From a virus: a stretch of 64,000 nt of DNA. The notes under the pieces were generated by a model. The model saw nothing but the letters and a program-made list of their open reading frames with translations, ran no database searches and was not told the origin of the DNA. The stretch covers positions 32,001 through 96,000 of IMG/VR virus record IMGVR_UViG_3300047440_000809; one strand, given 5' to 3'. Positions 59,119 to 64,000 of this stretch are shown piece by piece. A program made the position numbers and the translations under genes. Numbering within the stretch: position 1 is the stretch's first letter; every line of letters begins with the position of its first letter.

Positions 59119-59401
59119 GGCAGGCAGGGATCGGCGTCCAAGGAACGGCATTGTGCTGTGCAGGTATAAAGCGGACCGGTTCGATTCGGCAGGCACGGCA
59201 GAATCCGGATCGATCGCATCGGGTGCAATCGGGAATGGAAGAGGTAGTTCACATGGAGCGGCAGGCAGGTTCCGGCACGGTCGTCACCTGTGTGCGTTCG
59301 TAGTAGGGAAGAGTGCGGGATGGAGCGGCAGGCTTGGCAGTGCAGTGTTCGTACATGGCGCGGATCGGTGGCTGATCAGGTACGGTCCGGTTTTGGCCGG
59401 A
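59119..59401 (+). ncRNA. Array of four 67-72 nt units made of GG-NNN pentamers; candidate guide-RNA array
   Basis: GGCAGGC at 59119, 59188, 59260, 59327 and GGCCGGA at 59395; 5-nt GG periodicity inside units. Confidence 0.65.
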
Positions 59402-59476
59402 TAAATCACGCGGGGCGTCCAGCGCGACATCTGGGCGCAACTTTCATCGAAGAGAACCGCAAATGAGACCCAACAG

Positions 59477-60196
59477 ATGACCGCCCTCCAACGCAAGCGC
59501 AAGAAGCGTGCGGTCCTCCAGACCGACGACCTGAAGCGCATCAGGCAAGCCGCCAAGGAGATCGGCCCGCGCGAGCACGCCCTCATCGAGTGGCTCTACA
59601 CGAACGGTGCCCGCGCCTCCGAGCCCGGTCTCGCCCGCCTCGATGACCTCGACCTCCACAACGGCACCGTGATGCTCACGCACCTCAAGGGCGGGCTCGC
59701 CGCGGAGCCGGTGCCGCTGTCGAAGACGTGCCTCGCGGCGCTCAAGAAGTGGCTGCCCCTCCACGCGAACGGCAAGTCGGCGGCCGCCATCCACTACGTG
59801 TTCCCCGGCGAGCGCCCCATCGCCTGCTACCCCTGCGGCGGCACGAAGGTCGTCGTCGAGAAGCGGCGCAAGGGCCCCGGCGGGCTGCCGCTCACCACGT
59901 CCGTCCCCTGTCCCCACTGCCACGCGACCGGGACCCGCTGGGGCATCACGCGGCACGAGGTTAGACGGATCATCTCGACCGTGTTCACGCACGCCGGCAT
60001 CCCCAAGGAGTTTCACTTCGCCCACGTGCTCCGGCACTCGGCCGTCACGCACATGCTCGACGACGGCGCGTCCCCCGCTGCCATCCAGGAGCGCGTGGGG
60101 CACAAGGCACTAGCCACGACGTTCGGGTACGTGCACACGACCAAGAAGGCGCGCGCGATGGTGTCCAAGACGTTCGACGAGGAGGACGAGACGTGA
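59477..60196 (+). CDS. Tyrosine recombinase/integrase with Zn-ribbon insertion
   Basis: GARASE (R), HVLRH, VGH, TTFGY; CYPC...CPHC insert. Confidence 0.9.
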   Translation: MTALQRKRKKRAVLQTDDLKRIRQAAKEIGPREHALIEWLYTNGARASEPGLARLDDLDLHNGTVMLTHLKGGLAAEPVPLSKTCLAALKKWLPLHANGKSAAAIHYVFPGERPIACYPCGGTKVVVEKRRKGPGGLPLTTSVPCPHCHATGTRWGITRHEVRRIISTVFTHAGIPKEFHFAHVLRHSAVTHMLDDGASPAAIQERVGHKALATTFGYVHTTKKARAMVSKTFDEEDET

Positions 60197-60413
60197 CGAC
60201 CGAGACTGCGACTGTTCCCTGCGAGACCTGCGGCACGCCGACACCGATGCTCGGCACCAAGCGCTGCACCAACTGCTGGGAGGTCGAGAAGCGCCTGCTC
60301 GAATACCTACGCAGCATCAATGGACGCAAGTTCGTACGCAAGTGCTACGCGCGGCGCCGGGTAGCACCGGGCGTGCGGGCAAACATCGACAACCCGGAAG
60401 AGGGAGACTGAAC

Positions 60414-60704
60414 ATGGACGACGGTGAGTTTGGATACGTGGTTCTCTGGGTGCTGCTCTCGGTGCTCGTCGGCGTATGGGCAGGGAGGCGAGGGCGCAGC
60501 GGTGGACGGTGGGTGCTTCTCAGCCTGCTGATCTCGCCGGCGGTGACGGCCGTATGCATCTTGTGCTTCGGGAACCTCGCCGCGAGAACCTGCCCGGCGT
60601 GTGCCGAGGATGTCAGAAAAGAGGCGACCGTCTGCAAGCACTGTCACAGACCGCTGCCGGTCGAGGCGCTCAACGACGCCGCCCAGAGGTTCTTAGGGCG
60701 ATGA
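60414..60704 (+). CDS. Membrane protein with Zn ribbon
   Basis: Two TM + CPACAE...VCKHC. Confidence 0.65.
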   Translation: MDDGEFGYVVLWVLLSVLVGVWAGRRGRSGGRWVLLSLLISPAVTAVCILCFGNLAARTCPACAEDVRKEATVCKHCHRPLPVEALNDAAQRFLGR

Positions 60705-60942
60705 GCAAACGCATCGCGTATACAGCCGTCAACCGTGTACCTGACGATGCCTCGGAATGGGTCGTGGCTGTTGCCACCGAGGGCACGCGTGGCATGGTCC
60801 CGTCGCCCGAGTACGGCTGCTTCGACAACATCGGTAGCGCCTCTACGGTAGCGCGGCGGCTCAATGAACAACTCGGGCTAACACCGCTAACGGCCATGAA
60901 GATCCTCATGGATTGCATGCGTGACACAGGCGAGGAGTCCTG

Positions 60943-61293
60943 ATGGGCGTCACCGGGCACAAGCCGCTGGCTGAGATCAAGTATCAGCCGCTCAAATTCT
61001 CTACGGAGCGGTTCAAGGTGGAGTGCCCGGTTTGCGGCGCGTCCATTCACTACGTGCAGTTCGCGCCAGTGCATCCGTCGGGGCACTGGGAAGAATTCGT
61101 GGTGTACAAGTGCCGCGCCAACTACGCCTACACAGAGCGCGAGGGGCTTCACATCGTAGGCGAGTGCCCGACGGTCCGACCGTTCTGCTTGCACTGCAAG
61201 GAACGGCGTACGACCGAAGAGTCGCGCTTCTGTAGTGATCGATGCGGCCGCGCGTGGGCCGATGAAGAAATGTCTAAGGGTGCCGCTCGATGA
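60943..61293 (+). CDS. Cys-rich Zn-binding protein
   Basis: CPVC, CLHC, FCSDRC. Confidence 0.55.
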   Translation: MGVTGHKPLAEIKYQPLKFSTERFKVECPVCGASIHYVQFAPVHPSGHWEEFVVYKCRANYAYTEREGLHIVGECPTVRPFCLHCKERRTTEESRFCSDRCGRAWADEEMSKGAAR

Positions 61294-61622
61294 GCCGTCG
61301 GCAGTGCGCGAAGTGCCCGTGGCGCAAGGACGTCGATCCGAACGACATCCCGAACGGCTACTGCGCGACCAAGCACGCCAACCTGAAGAACACCATCGCG
61401 CACCCGGACGTCATCAACGTCGGCATGCTCAGGATGATGGCCTGCCACGAGAGCAAGCCCGGAAAGGAGGTCGCCTGCGTGGGCTGGCTCGCGAACCAGC
61501 TCGGGCCCGGCAACAACATCGGCCTGCGCATCAAGGCGATGCGCGACCGCACGTTGACTGACTTCGAGCTGGTGGGCGAGCAGCACGAGACGTTCGAGGA
61601 CACACTGCCGGAGGGACGCTGA
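61290..61622 (+). CDS. DUF6283-like protein
   Basis: CAKCPWRKD...MACHES.....CVGWL. Confidence 0.6.
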   Translation: MSRRQCAKCPWRKDVDPNDIPNGYCATKHANLKNTIAHPDVINVGMLRMMACHESKPGKEVACVGWLANQLGPGNNIGLRIKAMRDRTLTDFELVGEQHETFEDTLPEGR

Positions 61623-62470
61623 TGTTGAGCGCCAACCAGCGCCGCAACCTGGAGCGCATCCTGACCGACCTCAAGGAGGTGCAGGCGGACATGCACATCA
61701 CGGACGCGTACACCCGCACGGTTGTACCGCAGCTAGAAGACGCCGAAGGCTACGTGGGCGAGGCCATCGGTGCTGTCGGGATGGCGCTCGGGAGGCTCGT
61801 ACCGTAATGCCACGCTTCCTTCGTCGCCTCTGGCTGCGGCTCACCTACCTGCCCGTGCCCTGCGAGAGCTGCAACGGCACGGGCATCTGCGCCACGCTCC
61901 AGGCCGGTAGGCCCCCGAGCCGCCCCCACTCCTGCTGTGGTGACTGCGGGCGCAAGTACGTCACGCAGGCGGACGTGCCGCCGGGATTCTGTGACAGCCC
62001 GGACGAGCGCCCGATCATCGGCGACGGCATCATGTGGCGGAGGCCGTGGTCGAAGCAGCAGGTGTTGAGGCCGGACCGATGAAGACCATCATCATCACTG
62101 TCGCGGGGTTTGCCGCCACCGCGAACATCGTCGTCCTCATCGACTACTTCCGACTTCGCCTCAAGCGCAACGCCAGCTGCGATACGTGCGCGCAGCTGGC
62201 GGCGGAGGCGCTGGCGGGAGACGTCGTAGACGGTATACGCATGCCAGAGCCGAACGATCCGAGGTGGGCACCGGTAGACATCATAGTCATGCTCCAATCG
62301 GGAAAAGAATCAAAGATGAAAGCCATTGCCTTAGGCGATGTGCGCGTGTGCCTGGGCAACGATCCGACCGTGTTCTTCGGCAACGGTCCTGGAGTAAACG
62401 GTGGTGGCTACGCAGCACGCGTGGTCCGCGCCTATCGACAGCGCCTCGCCGACAATGCCCGAGGTACCTC

Positions 62471-62884
62471 ATGAGCAAGCGCGAGGCGGTTCTGTGTGAC
62501 AAGGCGACGGCGGGGTCTGAGCGGTTCGTCGGGGACGGCAAGCCGAACGTCAAAACACCGGGGAAGAAGTGCCCGAACATGGCCATCGGGCAGTGCCCGA
62601 TCTGTGACGACGACATCTGTGTGGCGCACGCGCTGCACCCGAAGGGCGGACTGGCGATCACGCTGAAGCTCACCGGGGTCAACACGAGCACGAACCCACC
62701 GCTGGACAAGACCATGGCGGATAATCACTGCGCGCTGCCCGTCTGCTTCGAATGTGGTGTGAAGATCAGCGGCTATACCTACTTCGAAGATGCCGCCCGC
62801 GACGTCATCGAGATGACTGCGACGAACCTTCGAGCCGCACTGGCGGCTCGGGCGCTCAAGCTGGCAGAGTCGGAGAAGCCGTAA
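62471..62884 (+). CDS. Zn-binding (B-box-like) protein
   Basis: C..C..CPIC...IC..H...CFEC; ends LRAALAARAL. Confidence 0.55.
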   Translation: MSKREAVLCDKATAGSERFVGDGKPNVKTPGKKCPNMAIGQCPICDDDICVAHALHPKGGLAITLKLTGVNTSTNPPLDKTMADNHCALPVCFECGVKISGYTYFEDAARDVIEMTATNLRAALAARALKLAESEKP

Positions 62885-63512
62885 TCCGCGCGTACGCCTG
62901 AAGCGCCGCGAGGTCACCCTGGAAGTAGTCCGCGTCGCACTCGCCCACGCCGGGGCACGCGTACTCGGGGCCCGTCTCGCCGCCGTCGGTCCACTGCCAG
63001 ATCGACCACGTGTCCCACGGTGCCGGCACCACGGGCTCGGCGCCCGAGGCGTTGTACCGCGGCAGCCACAGGTCGGGCTTCACCACGTCGGCTGGCCACG
63101 CCGGAGACCCGATCTGCTTCCACACTCGGTTTGACCAGTATAGGATCGGCTTCCGGTCCTTGTACGTCTGGGCGATCTCGTGCATCCACATCGCGATCCA
63201 GTCGATGTTGGGCGGCGTCTTCCCCTCGACGTCGAGCGCGAGCCGCTCGTTGTTGCGCAGAGGCCCCACGGCGTCGAGGAGGCGTTCTGCCTGGTGGGTG
63301 GGATCGCCCTCGGTCGCGTAGTGGAAGTAGATGCCCAGCTCGAATGGCTGCTGCCGGAAGCCGTCCCGGTGGGAGCGCAGCGTGGGGTCAACGCTCAGGT
63401 TGCCCTGCGTGGCCTTGATCCCCATGAAGGTGACGCCGGCGTCTTGGATGAGCCCCCAGTCCCTGACCGGGTGGAAGTGGTTGACGTCTATGCCGCGAGC
63501 ACGATCAGCCAT
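62856..63512 (-). CDS. GH25 muramidase (endolysin)
   Basis: GIDVNH, KATQG, LDVE, LWLPRY, IWQWT, CDADYF. Confidence 0.85.
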   Translation of the reverse strand: MADRARGIDVNHFHPVRDWGLIQDAGVTFMGIKATQGNLSVDPTLRSHRDGFRQQPFELGIYFHYATEGDPTHQAERLLDAVGPLRNNERLALDVEGKTPPNIDWIAMWMHEIAQTYKDRKPILYWSNRVWKQIGSPAWPADVVKPDLWLPRYNASGAEPVVPAPWDTWSIWQWTDGGETGPEYACPGVGECDADYFQGDLAALQAYARITASPTLPA

Positions 63513-63596
63513 GACGAAAGTCTCCGGCCGGACGGGGTGTGGCGTCAAATCCACAGGTGGGGTGTGATAACTTGTTGGCACCTGGGGGTGGCGTGG

Positions 63597-63644
63597 TGAT
63601 ATAGCCACATGGTGTCCTGATATCAGCATGGCATGGGGGGTGCA
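63597..63644 (+). promoter_or_regulatory. TGATAT(A/C)R boxes + sigma54 promoter
   Basis: TGATATAG 63597, TGATATCA 63618, TGGCATGGGGGGTGCA 63629-63644. Confidence 0.6.
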
Positions 63645-63670
63645 TTCTCTAGAGAGCAAGGAGACGCGCC

Positions 63671-64000
63671 ATGACAAAGACCACCAAGCGAACCGACATT
63701 CACCGCCCCGGGGCCATCATCCCCGCCGACTACTCGTGCTGGGGGTTCTTCGACTTCGGCGGCGCCAACGAGCCGCCGTGGGGCACCGAGATCCTGTCCT
63801 CGCCTGCCGTCCACGCGGCCGGCTACGCGCGCAGCGGTGACGACATCAAGGGCAACTGCCACGTCTGCGGCGCGCGCTTCCGCTTCGGTGCGCTCTTCCA
63901 GCACACCCCGACCGGCAAGTTCATCATCTTCGGCCACGACTGCGCGAGCAAGTACGAGATGCTCGCCGACTTCGCGGCCGCCGAGGAGACTCGGGAGATG
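63671..64000 (+). CDS. Hypothetical protein, truncated by window end
   Basis: AAGGAG RBS; MTKTTKRTDIHRPGAIIPADY... Confidence 0.6.
   Translation, partial: MTKTTKRTDIHRPGAIIPADYSCWGFFDFGGANEPPWGTEILSSPAVHAAGYARSGDDIKGNCHVCGARFRFGALFQHTPTGKFIIFGHDCASKYEMLADFAAAEETREM

Larger units (their letters stand above)
1..64000. mobile_element. Temperate virus/provirus segment (probably tailless, membrane-containing); ends not in window
   Basis: Dense overlapping small ORFs, tyrosine recombinase, GH25 lysin, SLT, collagen-like fibres, candidate capsid proteins; no host housekeeping genes and no terminase/portal/tail genes recognised. Confidence 0.8.

Noticed and set aside
59119-59401. Canonical CRISPR array
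   Set aside because: The shared repeat is only 7-14 nt, non-palindromic, and there are no adaptation genes.
59117-59404. 95-aa ORF over the array
   Set aside because: G/R/S-rich translation with no RBS; the 5-nt periodicity is not codon-compatible and is better explained as non-coding.

Overview
The window looks like a continuous piece of a high-GC temperate bacterial virus or provirus, probably infecting Myxococcota. It has densely overlapping small ORFs and no host housekeeping genes. No terminase, portal, tail, polymerase or packaging ATPase is recognisable. A central block (~28-50 kb) looks like the morphogenesis module of a tailless, membrane-containing virus. It holds candidate jelly-roll capsid proteins, many C-terminally anchored membrane proteins, a transglutaminase-fold Cys protease, a lytic transglycosylase and two collagen-like fibres. 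Also present are a glycosylation kit (WbpA- and WbpB-like dehydrogenases, five glycosyltransferases, a methyltransferase), an AAA+/VWA-metallopeptidase pair, a tyrosine recombinase and a GH25 lysin. The top finding is at 57.7-59.4 kb: a stand-alone RAMP/Cas7-like gene plus a partner gene, followed by a non-coding array of four 67-72 nt units. The units are delimited by GGCAGGC and built from GG-NNN pentamers, which suggests an RNA-guided system that is not CRISPR. Other notable signals are 19 small paralogues sharing a C-terminal EGxxWxRGW...AL motif, a sigma54 regulon tagged with a TGATATCA box, and poly-Arg/(G)LG motifs that may be protease maturation sites. All family assignments come from motif recognition by eye, not from database searches.
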